The notes under the pieces: model-generated
Seen by the model: the letters and a program-made list of their open reading frames with translations, nothing else
Database searches by the model: none
What the model was told of the DNA's origin: nothing
Source of the DNA: Savitreella phatthalungensis
Taxonomy: Eukaryota
Length of the DNA stretch: 64,000 nucleotides
Assembly: GCA_051599415.1 (NCBI GenBank)
Contig: AP039689.1
Coordinates: forward strand, 62,001-126,000
Direction of reading: 5' to 3'
Position numbers and translations under genes: made by a program
In this document: positions 21,557-32,809 of the stretch, piece after piece
How positions within the stretch are numbered: position 1 is the first letter of the stretch
How the letters are laid out: each line of letters opens with the position of its first letter

Positions 21557-21691
21557 GCTGGTCTCGCAAGAGGCATGTCTATTAAACAATAGTGAAACAT
21601 ACATTGCAAACCATATACTCATATCTTCCACTGCTATGTATACATATATGTCAACTGGTGAATGTCGTAGGTCGCCTCGACTGATGGTGGT

Positions 21692-23719
21692 CTATCTGTC
21701 GGTGTGCGCAGCCCTCTGGGCTAAGTGCTGGGCGAGCAGCGGATGATGTGACAGAGAGTGCCTATGACCCCCGACGTGCAGTGGCTGCATCATCTGAGAT
21801 GTCTCCGTGCGATTCTGCGCCTGCATGTTTTCATTTGCGCAATTCGCGCTCATAGTGGTCCCGCCAACGCCACCTGTATTCGAATCATTGGCCATCATCA
21901 TGGATTGAATGGCTGCGATCGACTGGCGACGCTGCTGCTCTTGATGAGCTGCGATGACCATCGCTTGTCGAGCTTGTGTTGGCGACAGTCGCTGCTCCTG
22001 CTGCTCGTAGGACTTTCTCGAATCCGATGGTCGCCACATAGTCGGAATGCCAAGCATGCCGGGCGGAAAGGGACTGCTCGGACGGTCTTCATCGTCGGGA
22101 GTGAGCTGTTGATGACCTGGGGGAATGATCGACGCTCCGCGACGATTCACATCAGGACAGTATTGTTGCGTTTGTTGTGACAAATGAGCTTGCGGCTGCT
22201 GATATGAGTGCGAAGCTCGCAGAGCGTCATTATAACCTGTGCCATCATTCATGCCGAGCATGCTTGAGTTTTGATGATGTGAATAGCCTGATCCGAAGCT
22301 CGAGTAGAACTGTGACTGTTGTTGCCGTTGCGTGTCCTCGATTCTTGGCACGGCTGCGCGGTGCGAGAACGTCTCGAACGGCGGAGCGGATCGAGGACCC
22401 TCGCATTCGAATGCAGCTGATGCTGGAGTGTAGGGACGCACATCTGAAATCGGTAAGGCGTAAGCACGCGTATCGACATTGCTGCGCGCGGCATATATGG
22501 AAGTATTTGCATCTGTGGCAAGATCTGCGTTAGCGCTGGCATTGAGGTTCGCAGGACCGATGATGCTAGCCGTGGACGCGGCGACAAACACCTTCGTCTT
22601 GGGCGATATCTCATTGTTACGCAGTCGCTCTTCCTCGCGCGCGACACGATAAATCTCTCGTAAGAGATTGATTTTGTCGGGAGGGATGAAGGCTGCAACC
22701 TCTGCCGTTGCAAGCTCGAGCCTGTTGATCGGCACTTTGGCAGAGCGCAACATCGTCATTAGTAAAGAAATGCGCTCGGGCTTCATTAAATGATCGGGCT
22801 CTTTGTGACGAACGTTGAGTGGCCACCAGATGGGCTTTGACTCTTCGCCACGGTTGTAAGGAAAGCGCGTCTGTTTCTTTGGCTCGATCACCTTGATCCA
22901 GGCCTTGGCGACGATCTTGCAGACAAGCTGCTGCAGCTGCCTCAGGCGAGTTTCGAAAAATGCTGCCACTTCCTCGGTGTTACCGATGACAATGGCTCGG
23001 AGGTCTCCATGCCCGGACTCACAAGGAGCAGAACTGCTTGCAGCACTCATGGTGGTCACAGACCCTAACGGTGTTGGAACTCCGTTGATCTGATCAGGCA
23101 GACGGTCGTGCTGCCCGCCACCTCGACGGGCGCTCTGCATGTCTGCACCTCGGTTTGGGCCTTCTTGACCAGTAAAACCTGGATATGGCTCAAGCGCATT
23201 TTTCACGCTGCCGCTCCCGGACAGGAAGGAATTTGCATGCTTGTGATGATCGAATTGCGACACGTAGAAGACTGGACCCTGCGAAGCTCGATTGCCGTCG
23301 TGTTCTTGCTGAAACTGCGCCTGCTGCCAGCTTGTGATACTACTCGGAACCTGATCATCATCGTCTGCCAATTCATCTGGTGAGTCTTCGTGCGCGTCGG
23401 GGCCGCTGCCGTTGCTCGCATCCGTGCCGGGCTGAAGTGGCTCCGGGGAGACTCGCGGAGGTGGGTTAGCAAGAACAAGCTCGCGCGCTTCCTTGATTAC
23501 TTCTCCGCCGAACCAATTGGGCAACCTGCTCTGAAAACACTCGCTGGCATAGACTTCGCTCTCACCACGCGAGTTAACCCAGAGAATGGCGAATTGAGAA
23601 CCATTGATATAAGATGCCTTCCCCAAAGCGCGCAGGATTTGATCGCGTTTGTTCTTAAAATGTCGCTGACGACGCTGCGGAGAGCTGTAAGGCTCAACGC
23701 GAACAGGAATCCGTGGCAT
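21692..23719 (-). CDS. DUF2841 (YDR124W-like) protein, probable transcription regulator
   Basis: QQLVCKIVAKAWIKVIEPKKQTRFPY..KPIWWP..VRHKEPDHL.KPER motif; Q/S-rich C-terminus. Confidence 0.85.
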   Translation of the reverse strand: MPRIPVRVEPYSSPQRRQRHFKNKRDQILRALGKASYINGSQFAILWVNSRGESEVYASECFQSRLPNWFGGEVIKEARELVLANPPPRVSPEPLQPGTDASNGSGPDAHEDSPDELADDDDQVPSSITSWQQAQFQQEHDGNRASQGPVFYVSQFDHHKHANSFLSGSGSVKNALEPYPGFTGQEGPNRGADMQSARRGGGQHDRLPDQINGVPTPLGSVTTMSAASSSAPCESGHGDLRAIVIGNTEEVAAFFETRLRQLQQLVCKIVAKAWIKVIEPKKQTRFPYNRGEESKPIWWPLNVRHKEPDHLMKPERISLLMTMLRSAKVPINRLELATAEVAAFIPPDKINLLREIYRVAREEERLRNNEISPKTKVFVAASTASIIGPANLNASANADLATDANTSIYAARSNVDTRAYALPISDVRPYTPASAAFECEGPRSAPPFETFSHRAAVPRIEDTQRQQQSQFYSSFGSGYSHHQNSSMLGMNDGTGYNDALRASHSYQQPQAHLSQQTQQYCPDVNRRGASIIPPGHQQLTPDDEDRPSSPFPPGMLGIPTMWRPSDSRKSYEQQEQRLSPTQARQAMVIAAHQEQQRRQSIAAIQSMMMANDSNTGGVGGTTMSANCANENMQAQNRTETSQMMQPLHVGGHRHSLSHHPLLAQHLAQRAAHTDR

Positions 23720-25806
23720 TGACCTTCGTAGTCGAGTGCGATTCAGTGGATCGTTAGATGAGAAGAAGTCGCTTGCGCTGACAAGTCCGTGCCTGGCCTA
23801 AGGAAAGGAGGTCGAAGACCAGTACAAAAGGGCGACTTAGGAACCCAGGGCTTGCGATCCTCTTCGAGGCGCGAGCTAGTACGACCTTCGAACAATCAAG
23901 ATTTGACAATGTCTCTTCTAGCCGTGTGCGCGTGAGGTTGTGACGATGCTGTGCGGGACAGTGAACGTACAAAGGCCTGCAAGGATCGATACGTGTCCGG
24001 GTGCGAGGTACGTCTGGCGTCCTGCGATTAAAGGACGGAGAAAGTGTCCGATGGAATTGGTTAGAGCAAGACTGAGATCAATTCAGATTGCTGCAGCAGT
24101 GTGATGGCCTTGTCAAGGTGATGGCAGTCTGAGCATTTGGACGGCGGGTAGTAGTCGTCAATCGAGCAAGTTGGCGGGCTCGAGGTGAAGAGAGGTCTAT
24201 TGAAGGTTGCCGTATGCGAAACCTTGCCCATCCTCCTGAGGAACAGCGCAACCCACTACTCATCATTGAACGGAGTCTAGGCTAAGGCAATTTTTGAATC
24301 CGTCTCAGTCGCTGTTGTCAGTATTCATTTGAAAGCGTTGGCAAGATCTAAAGGGTTGCCGTATATTCTGCTTGTAGGCGCTTCCATATCTCATGCTCAG
24401 ATGTTCTGAATTGTGCCCCTCGTCAGCCCACTCAAACGCAAGTTCAGGTCTGTGTAGATTTGACCTCAGACTAAAGTGATAAGATCCAGACCGGTTCTCA
24501 CACTGAAACCACTCTGACCGAGCCAGATGATATTCCATTGCAACCAGATATCGACATCCATTACTGAAAGCTGGCATGCGTGGCTCCATTCGTATACTTT
24601 GTGGAGTGAAAGGTCGCCTGAGGCGCTTATGTGAAGCTCTCAAGCCTCGCTCCACTTCTACAGGCTTTTGATTATCCTGAGTATTCCATTGGCTTAGAGC
24701 TGAATAAAGTCCGCTTCCAGGCTTTGGGCTATTCATTCAAATCTTCCTGGTCTTTCACGACTCAGCTAAAATTGGATCTCACAAGCGAGGGTTAGTCGAG
24801 TAGAGCAGCGGAGGGAAGAACAAGATTAGCACAATTTGAGTTCATTTTCATTTCATACACATTCAAAGTGCATGTTCGGTTCCTCTTTTGAGGAGACTCG
24901 AGGCGGCGAAGAACGTTGTTCTTCAGTCGCTTGAATTCTTCCAAATTGAATTGATTTTTATTTACACCGGCTCTCTCGGCTTTTTCTCAAAGTTCTAGAC
25001 CGGTCGAGATCGAAAAAGGTTCTGCCAAGACCGATCAATCATGAGAAGCGTTAGCTGAACTATTCAGATTTCCTGCACTCGACTATTCGACACGAAACAA
25101 TTTCCATCGACCTCGCTTCATCCGAATATCCATCTATCTATCTATGTATCTGATCTGTTCACGTGTAACAGGCAGATTACGCAGAACAGCATTCCAGTCC
25201 AGCTACAGTGACATTTTGTGAAGGAGCACGAAGCTAGCCCTACGTGTGCCCCGACAAACGTCCGTGAATCCCTGATTTTTCATTCTTCATAGAATCGGGA
25301 ATTGACGAGCTTAGGGATGGTCCACCTTATTAACCTATCCTGCCCGACCGCTCGACAGCCTTTCAAGAGAAGCCGAGCAATGCCTAGATAGTTTATATCT
25401 GGCCGGACATTCAGACAAAAGGGAAAAGAATGCATACATCCGCTATTGATTGCATGGCAAAGATAGTAGTGAGTCTAATTGACTGCATGATGCACAAATC
25501 GACCCAGTGTTTCAAACTCTAGTGCTCCAAAGCTCATCCCCTCCACCTTTAAACTCAAAGAATTGTTTTTGGATCACACGTGCATCTGATCGGGCGTGCA
25601 TTCGACGCATTCTTCAACGTCATAGCAGGTCACCGGCCATGCATCGTTGAACATATTGCACAAATTGGTGTTCTCGGGTAAGCGACTCTCGTCCTGAGGC
25701 AACATTCACGCTCGAGCACTGCGTAGGAGCATAGTGGCAATCGCCGTGCTTATAGCCGCAGCACATCAGTCCAATTTATACTAAGGAGAATTTGTAAAGA
25801 TCGAGA

Positions 25807-26664
25807 ATGACGCTGGACACTTTCGATATCCACCATGCATCAGGAGATCGCGCCAAGATCTCTCTTCACGGAGCCACAGTCCTCTCTTGGAAGTCCTTTG
25901 GCCACGAGCGTCTCTTCCTGTCGGACAAGGCCATTCTAGATGGATCCAAAGCCATTCGTGGAGGTATACCCTTGGTCTTCCCATTCTTCGGGCCGGCAGA
26001 CAAGTCAGGGCCATATCATGGTATGCCGCAGCACGGATTTGCACGGATTTCCAGGTGGCGACGGCTTCAAGGCGATGACTCGTCCACTGCCGTGCTACAG
26101 CTCACCCAAGACGAGATTGACCCTGTTTACAGATCAATGTTCACGACCAATTTCACCCTGCAGTACACAGTCAGCCTAAGCGAAGGCTCGTTGACGACCG
26201 AATTATCCTTCACGAATACTGGGTCATCCGGAGGAGATAGCAAGACCCCTGTGCAAGCCCTTCTACACACATACCTGCGCGTCGGTGATATCGACAAGGT
26301 CCAGGTACAAGGCCTGCAGGGCCTTACATACACTGACAAAACCAAAGACGGGGATGCTTTTACGGAAACATCGACTGCACTGGCGATTGGAGACGAGACG
26401 GACCGAGTCTATCAGTCCGCTTCGTCCCCGGTCAGTGTTGCCGAAAGCGGCCGCACTATCATTCGTCTCGATCGCAAAAATTTACCAGATGTCGTGATCT
26501 GGAATCCCTGGAAAGATTGTTACAAGATGGGTGACTTTGCGCCCGCCGACGGCTACAAGCAGATGTTGTGCGTCGAAGCCGGCAACGTCAGCAGGTGGTC
26601 GAACGTCGCAAAAGACGAACGCTTCGTGATTGCTCAAACTCTATTCGCCGACCGTCTCAGTTGA
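25807..26664 (+). CDS. Glucose-6-phosphate 1-epimerase (aldose 1-epimerase family)
   Basis: GATVLSWK, KAIRGGIPLVFPFFG, QHGFAR, LLHTY, ETDRVY, VVIWNPW, MLCVEAG. Confidence 0.95.
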   Translation: MTLDTFDIHHASGDRAKISLHGATVLSWKSFGHERLFLSDKAILDGSKAIRGGIPLVFPFFGPADKSGPYHGMPQHGFARISRWRRLQGDDSSTAVLQLTQDEIDPVYRSMFTTNFTLQYTVSLSEGSLTTELSFTNTGSSGGDSKTPVQALLHTYLRVGDIDKVQVQGLQGLTYTDKTKDGDAFTETSTALAIGDETDRVYQSASSPVSVAESGRTIIRLDRKNLPDVVIWNPWKDCYKMGDFAPADGYKQMLCVEAGNVSRWSNVAKDERFVIAQTLFADRLS

Positions 26665-27456
26665 CTGTCAGCATCTTTGTAGTAGCTCCGATGCTAGATT
26701 CCGACGCGAAGCCAATAGGTAAATCGTCGTCACCAAGCAGCGTGCACTCCTGTCAATTCATCTGAGTACAGAGACGCCTCATTGTCATGGCGTATGACAT
26801 GAAGCGTGCAATGTAGGTATGGCCAGTCCTTGCAGGGCTTCTTGGACTTGTGCGTAGCATCTTCGGAGGGTGTAAATGCTGTCATTATCAACCTGTTGCT
26901 CCTCACTCGCTACTGCTGTATTAAGCAGTCGTACGATACCACATAGTAGCAGACGTAGTGCTTAGAGAGTCTTCATAACGACATAGCGAGTTTCTGGGTA
27001 TCGACCGAGGCAAAGGACCGATGCCAGATTTCACTTCATCGAAAGCGCTTTTGAATGTCCTTGGGACGCCCCAGTAACCCTTCTTAGCAAAGGACTGCTG
27101 ACTAGCTTTATGATGGGAAACGACCGCCAGCGGAATGCGATTGCCGTGTGCTCTCGAGATTCGAGTGTGAGTAATTGTAGTTGCCACGGGTTCTGTTCTA
27201 TGATTTCTCACAGAGTGGAGGCAGCCATCTTGTTTCCGTGTGGAGAGTGCAAGCTGTTTGAGCCAACGAGTTTGATCTGTTCTGATCTGAGCTGTTTTGT
27301 TTAGATCTGGTCTCCAGCCAGCGCAATCAAATACATTGATCACAACAGCTCATCATTACAATCCATAGAAGGACTCAATCTGTGGCCTCCGGCATGGCGC
27401 TTGCTTGTTGCTCTGTCAACCAGGTCACAGCTTGCTACTCGAGTGAGTGATGCTCC

Positions 27457-29355
27457 ATGGCGCTGCTCATCAGGAGGCCGAGCGACTGGTCTGTAGTTCT
27501 CCAGAACGATGGAACACAGGTCAGATTTGATCGCCACAACAACAGGCTTAGTTTTTCTCAGCGACCCAGATCACAAGCCTCAGCATCGACAAGTAGCGTG
27601 ACAGATCGCTCTACCGACACGTCTATTCAGGAACAATGCCTCGGTCGCTGTCCAACTTGCGGACAGTTCTGGCCTGATGAGAGCCCAGAGCCTAGTTTTA
27701 GTCAGACTTCAGCCTTTCACAGATCACGTCGCGGGACAGCAGTTCACCCAGAATACTTTGGTTACTTGGCGGCCTGCTTCGAGCGAGAAAACGTCATCGA
27801 GTCTGAACCGGACACCATCGACGATTGCGCTGGATATACACAGCTTCAAGAGACGAGTTTCAACCAGGGGTACTGCAGCCGCTTCTTCGTCGAACAGGGT
27901 CAAATCGGTCGTGGCGGGCGTGGGACAGTCTTTCGTGTTCAGCACGTCATCGAGGGTATCTCACTTGGCATCTTTGCTTTGAAGCGCATCGCTGTTGGCA
28001 ACTCTACACAATACCTGACCAAGATGCTGCGCGAGGTCAAAAGTATGCGTTTCCACCATCCGAATCTTGTTCACTACAATCACGTCTGGCTAGAAATGTC
28101 TCAAACGACGGCATTTGGCCCGCCTGTCCCGGTCCTCCATATCTTACAGGAATTCTGCGATGCTGGTGACCTGGAGCGATACGTCTCCAAAAAGCTTGGT
28201 CGCTTCAAACCTGAACCAGATATCTCAGAAATGAAGCGAAGGCGGCGCGAATCCCGCGAACACAAAACACCCTTGCCCACGGAAAGGTCTCTGTCCCCGG
28301 ACATTATCTACTCGTTTTTCCGAGACATTTTGAACGGCCTGGCATATCTTCACAAACGTGGGCACATTCATCGCGACCTGAAGCCCTCCAACTGTTTGCT
28401 CGACGAGTCCGTTGGCAGCAGCTATGTCAAGAAAGCCGTGCGCTGTCCCAGAGTACTCGTCTCTGACTTCGGGGAAATGGCCTCGTGCTCCGAGGTAGAC
28501 GCCTCGCAAGACGCCTCTCGCTACACGGGAGGCACGGGCACGCTTCTGTGGACTGCGCCTGAAGTCGTCCGCACTGGTAGCTGGTCACAAGCTGCAGATA
28601 TTTTCAGTCTCGGTTTGATACTTTACTTCCTCACTCACGCTGGACAGTTGCCCTACAATGCGCTCGAAGACAACTACGAAGAGCTGAAGGTCGAAATCGC
28701 CGGATTCACAGGCTTTCACCGACTGGACAGCGGCCGCGGACCATATGAAAGAAAAATTGACTTGCTGCTGAGCCGCATGTTGAGTCCCTCGCCAAGCGAT
28801 AGACCCACATGCGAAGATCTCATAGCCCTGATGCAGATCCAGGATGAATCTGTTTCTGGAAATGAGTCTGGTCAATCATCGGCGGCTCCTGCAGTCGTCC
28901 ATTCAGGCCCACCCAACGATGAGCTGTCCGTCTTAGAAGAACCTTTCAGAATCCCATCCATAACGCCCGAAGTTGATCAGGCACCTGTCGAGCAATCGCT
29001 TCGCACAACTGTTGCCAAGCAAGCATCAGAAACAGAAGACCGCGGAAAGACAGATGCGATCACCGTAGGTCCTCTTTCGTCGTCGGCCCAGCCGCATCCT
29101 GTTGTGGTTTCTCACGACTGGATCTCCACGATTGCACTCCTCCGACTCTACATGATGCACCAATGGTGCAACCCGCAGGCACTCAGCCCGATCGCGTGGC
29201 TTCTGCTTGCTCTGACATCACTCACAGAACTGATGCTCGTGCGTCGTTTCCACCAGTCTACACAGATTCGCTTACTCTTGCCATTCATCGTAACAGTAGC
29301 GATGATGCTCCTCTTCCGCCGTAGCGCAACTCTTCCCATTTGTGCAGCTCTGTGA
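27457..29355 (+). CDS. IKS1: Iks1-family Ser/Thr kinase
   Basis: N-terminal CPTC and YF..L, FNQGY..FF, GRGGRGTV, ALKRIAVG, HPNLVHYNHVWLE, HRDLKPSNCLL, DFGE; C-terminal hydrophobic helices. Confidence 0.9.
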   Translation: MALLIRRPSDWSVVLQNDGTQVRFDRHNNRLSFSQRPRSQASASTSSVTDRSTDTSIQEQCLGRCPTCGQFWPDESPEPSFSQTSAFHRSRRGTAVHPEYFGYLAACFERENVIESEPDTIDDCAGYTQLQETSFNQGYCSRFFVEQGQIGRGGRGTVFRVQHVIEGISLGIFALKRIAVGNSTQYLTKMLREVKSMRFHHPNLVHYNHVWLEMSQTTAFGPPVPVLHILQEFCDAGDLERYVSKKLGRFKPEPDISEMKRRRRESREHKTPLPTERSLSPDIIYSFFRDILNGLAYLHKRGHIHRDLKPSNCLLDESVGSSYVKKAVRCPRVLVSDFGEMASCSEVDASQDASRYTGGTGTLLWTAPEVVRTGSWSQAADIFSLGLILYFLTHAGQLPYNALEDNYEELKVEIAGFTGFHRLDSGRGPYERKIDLLLSRMLSPSPSDRPTCEDLIALMQIQDESVSGNESGQSSAAPAVVHSGPPNDELSVLEEPFRIPSITPEVDQAPVEQSLRTTVAKQASETEDRGKTDAITVGPLSSSAQPHPVVVSHDWISTIALLRLYMMHQWCNPQALSPIAWLLLALTSLTELMLVRRFHQSTQIRLLLPFIVTVAMMLLFRRSATLPICAAL

Positions 29356-29408
29356 TGGGACCGCTGCGACACGTTGCGGGATCAGGTGAGTAGGCGCATA
29401 TGACAACT

Positions 29409-31178
29409 TCATTTTCGATGATTAGACCCGTTTGCGTATCGTAGCAAAGCTTCTCGAGGATCTTCTTCCGCAAACTTTGCCCTGCGGCGTTCGTCTATGT
29501 CAGTGTCAGCATCAGTGCCGGATTGAAGTGGCGGTGGTGGTGTGATGCCCAATGCGCGTCTACTTGATAGGTGTGGTCTCGTCGCGCCCATAGGGGTGGT
29601 CGAAAGCCCGCGTTCGGCCAGGCGTAACTGCTTTTGGCGTCGCGAGTATTTCTCGAGGGTATCATCCCCGTCGAGAATAACAGAAGCTGAAGATCCTGCC
29701 ATGGTTTCATGATCGCGCAGCATTGCCACCGCCCCTATGTCGTCGATATGCCGTCGTTTGCTGTGCCGCCTGTTGACGACGAGGACGGCTCCGCTGTATG
29801 AACTCGTTGAGAGCCCCTCAAGTTGGCTCGCCTGTGAAGGTGGGTCGAAGAGGATACTGATACGGCCATCCACATGGCCGACGATCACCTGGTTGAGTCT
29901 AGCATCCCACGACAGGCGTGAGGCGGCAGACGCGAGCGGGATGCTTTTGACCTGCGCAAGCGTTCGAGTGTCGAATACTGCAATCGAGGGCTGCCCTTGC
30001 AGGTACAGCGTGCCGTCATTGACCGACGCCGGCGACTGTGATGGAGTCCAGGAAGATGTGATAACTTCTTGGTTGTTAGGGGAAAAGATGGGGTCAGATG
30101 AACCTGTGGTCGCTGGATGGAGGTCGAGATCGTGAGAGTTTGAGGATATTGCCTGCTTCAAGCTGCGCATATCCCACAACTTCAGTTCTTTCTGAGAGCG
30201 TGTGGCGACCGTATAGCCATTCATAGAGAAGGAGATGCCGACAATCTCCTCGGTGTGTGCTTCGGCAATGGAGCCGGCCAAAGGACGATGAACAGCCTCT
30301 TCCGGGCGCCAGAATGATAGACTACCGTCTGCGTAAGCAGCACCAAGGGTGTCGCCACCGTGAGCCACGCCAACCGAGTATGACGCGGCGCTACATCGCG
30401 TGCGAGCTGACGATGTGGCGCCGAAACCTCGGTGTGCCATGACCGATACGTCCTTGGCGAGAGATCGACAAGCGATGTCCATATTCCAGACTCGAACGGT
30501 AGAATCAGAGGACCAGGTCGCGAACTTGCTTTCGACCTTTGGGTTGAATTCCCCGCCAGCAAGTTCTCCGACATGACCGCGCGTCTTTTTAAGATCGAGT
30601 AGGTATGGATCGCCCTTTGGAGTGCATAGCAAAGTCTCTCCGCTGCGCATCAAGACTTCAGCTTGCCATCCTGCCCGGCAAATGAGCAAACGTTCGCTAG
30701 CGCCCGAGCTCCATGAGAGCGAGCGGATCCGTTGAGCATGTAAATCTTCGGGTTGTATGACTTTAAACGGTCGTAATCTATCCTCTGTCATGCCTCCAAA
30801 GTCCCATAAGGCCACATCACCATCAGCAGAACCGGTCGCGAGGCGTGCGCCACCTTTCGCGAGCGCTAGCCCTGTGACAGCTCGCTTGTGATTGTTGAGA
30901 TTCAGCTCATGCGAACAGGGTATTGGATGCTCATCTTCGTCATCGCTGCTATCCTCATCAGACGACGATGACGACCTCTGAGAGTGTCTCTGCAGCGAAG
31001 AAACAGGATCAACCCGTACGTAGGACGTAGCACGGCGATACGTGTCGTAGGTGCCGGAAGCTCGTGCGCCCGTGCTTCCAGTGTTGTTGCCAGACGCTCC
31101 ATCTCCGTGAGGCCATGTCTCTGCGCAGGCTCGAAGGCTTGACCCGACTACTTCATCCTGGCTGTCGCTCTCGGTCAT
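29409..31178 (-). CDS. WDR70: WD40 protein WDR70 homologue
   Basis: SHEL...H..AV, WDFGGM...RPF, KGDPYLLDLKKTRGHV, and C-terminal EDPREALLRYA. The 5' end may include a further exon. Confidence 0.85.
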   Translation of the reverse strand: MTESDSQDEVVGSSLRACAETWPHGDGASGNNTGSTGARASGTYDTYRRATSYVRVDPVSSLQRHSQRSSSSSDEDSSDDEDEHPIPCSHELNLNNHKRAVTGLALAKGGARLATGSADGDVALWDFGGMTEDRLRPFKVIQPEDLHAQRIRSLSWSSGASERLLICRAGWQAEVLMRSGETLLCTPKGDPYLLDLKKTRGHVGELAGGEFNPKVESKFATWSSDSTVRVWNMDIACRSLAKDVSVMAHRGFGATSSARTRCSAASYSVGVAHGGDTLGAAYADGSLSFWRPEEAVHRPLAGSIAEAHTEEIVGISFSMNGYTVATRSQKELKLWDMRSLKQAISSNSHDLDLHPATTGSSDPIFSPNNQEVITSSWTPSQSPASVNDGTLYLQGQPSIAVFDTRTLAQVKSIPLASAASRLSWDARLNQVIVGHVDGRISILFDPPSQASQLEGLSTSSYSGAVLVVNRRHSKRRHIDDIGAVAMLRDHETMAGSSASVILDGDDTLEKYSRRQKQLRLAERGLSTTPMGATRPHLSSRRALGITPPPPLQSGTDADTDIDERRRAKFAEEDPREALLRYANGSNHRK

Positions 31179-31495
31179 CAAGCGATGTCCTGCAAGCCCA
31201 AAGATGCCAAGAGCTCAGCGACGTCAAAGAAAGCACGCAGCCATCCACCGCCGGGTAGGACTGTGTGGACTTGCTTCCAAATTTAACTTATTATGCCAGG
31301 CGAGCACGTGCGCATCTCTCCGTTGACTGTGTATTTCACCATCGTCAACCTGACTTCTCTTAATCTAGCTATTTCTATTCAAGTGCTCTACTGGTCGGCG
31401 ACGCTCGCAGCTCATTCCTGGCCGCTGCCGATAGTCCCATAGCCGTTCTTGTCGAAACTCTGCGTCAGTGATACGAGCGATTTTGTCGGGCGTAA

Positions 31496-32134
31496 TCAGG
31501 CCTGAAGTACGTCTTTGGGATCGCGTTTCGGCTTGGGAAGAAGGTTTTTGCTCTCGAGGTACTCGACAATCTGTTTCACAGCCTGCTCAATGGGAATGTC
31601 TGTGTTGTCGACGTGGATCTCTGCGTCAGTCGGGGCCTCGTAGGGGGAAGAGATGCCAGTGAACTCCTTGATGACTCCCTCACGTGCCTTTTTGTATAAG
31701 CCTTTGGGATCGCGCTGCTCCGCAACACTGATGGGTACATCAATATAGACTTCGATGAAGGGAATGTTAGCCTCATCATGCAGCTTGCGGGCTGACGCTC
31801 TGTCGGCGAGGAACGGAGAGATGAAAGATGTGATGGCAATGGCTGTCGAGTCTGCAAATAGCTTTGCGACCTCGGCAATTCGTCTGATGTTCTCATTCCG
31901 AGCCTTGTCATCAAATCCGAGGTCTTTGTTGAGACCAAATCGAATGTTGTCACCATCGAGACGGTACGCATTGATACCGAGATGGAGCAGGTGTTGTTCG
32001 AGTGCGACAGCAATGGTCGACTTGCCAGACGCTGACAGTCCCGTCAGCCAGAGCGTCAAGCCCTGTTGACCAGTGTACTGAGCACGCTCTTCGCGTGAGA
32101 CGTTGCCTGCATGAAAGGTGATGTTCGTTGCCAT
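31496..32134 (-). CDS. MET14: Adenylyl-sulfate (APS) kinase
   Basis: [21 protein letters not shown]-loop, [37 protein letters not shown]. Confidence 0.98.
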   Translation of the reverse strand: MATNITFHAGNVSREERAQYTGQQGLTLWLTGLSASGKSTIAVALEQHLLHLGINAYRLDGDNIRFGLNKDLGFDDKARNENIRRIAEVAKLFADSTAIAITSFISPFLADRASARKLHDEANIPFIEVYIDVPISVAEQRDPKGLYKKAREGVIKEFTGISSPYEAPTDAEIHVDNTDIPIEQAVKQIVEYLESKNLLPKPKRDPKDVLQA

Positions 32135-32519
32135 ATTCTGTGCGCGTTATGCTATTCGTGTCTCTCTCGTCTATACGAAAGCTGAATAGCGATGGGCAAA
32201 TCGTGGACTTGTGAGCTTTACTTTCCTTGTCTATATCGCCAAGTTACTCGCTGTCTTGGATCTAGCTTCGGCGACGTCAGGATGTTTGCGCTGAAAGACG
32301 TAGTCCATGGCCGTTGGAGAACAGACATTTCCATCAATGTTGCTCCTGGGTTGACCCAATTGGGCAGTTTTCATCTATGGCGCAATTTTGATTCGGTTCA
32401 TGACCCTGGCTGGCGTGCGTGTGTGCGTGCCCTGCATTCGGGTACAGTTGAAATGTAATGCACACTCATAGCCATATATAATTTATATATCCAGGTATCC
32501 ATGTATCCAGTTAACAAGG

Positions 32520-32565
32520 TATAAAGTCGAATTACCGAAACCTGGACACGTGTTATCATGGACAC
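32520..32565. repeat. Left TIR plus TA target-site duplication
   Basis: Exact reverse complement of 34401-34446; internal direct repeat TGGACAC x2. The exact element end is ambiguous by 2 nt because of TATA. Confidence 0.95.
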
Positions 32566-32809
32566 AAAAAAATACTATGTTTCTGTCGCTTCTTCGCCGA
32601 GGTCTTCCTTGTAGACTGCGCAGTACTCGATGGTAGCACCTCTGCTAGGGCTGTACGCACGCCAGCCTCGCCCTTGGCCTGTAACCAAGCCTCTGGATCA
32701 ATCTTAGCCTTCTTAGCCTCGTCTAGCACGAACTGCCAGCGCGCATCTGAGATCTCACTGCCTAGCAGGCCTAATAGCCAGTCCATCGAGGCAAACATCG
32801 CCTGTGGAT

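Noticed and set aside
24822..24831. AAGATTAGCA, a U6 snRNA-like fragment
   Set aside because: The ACAGAGA box and the rest of U6 are missing.
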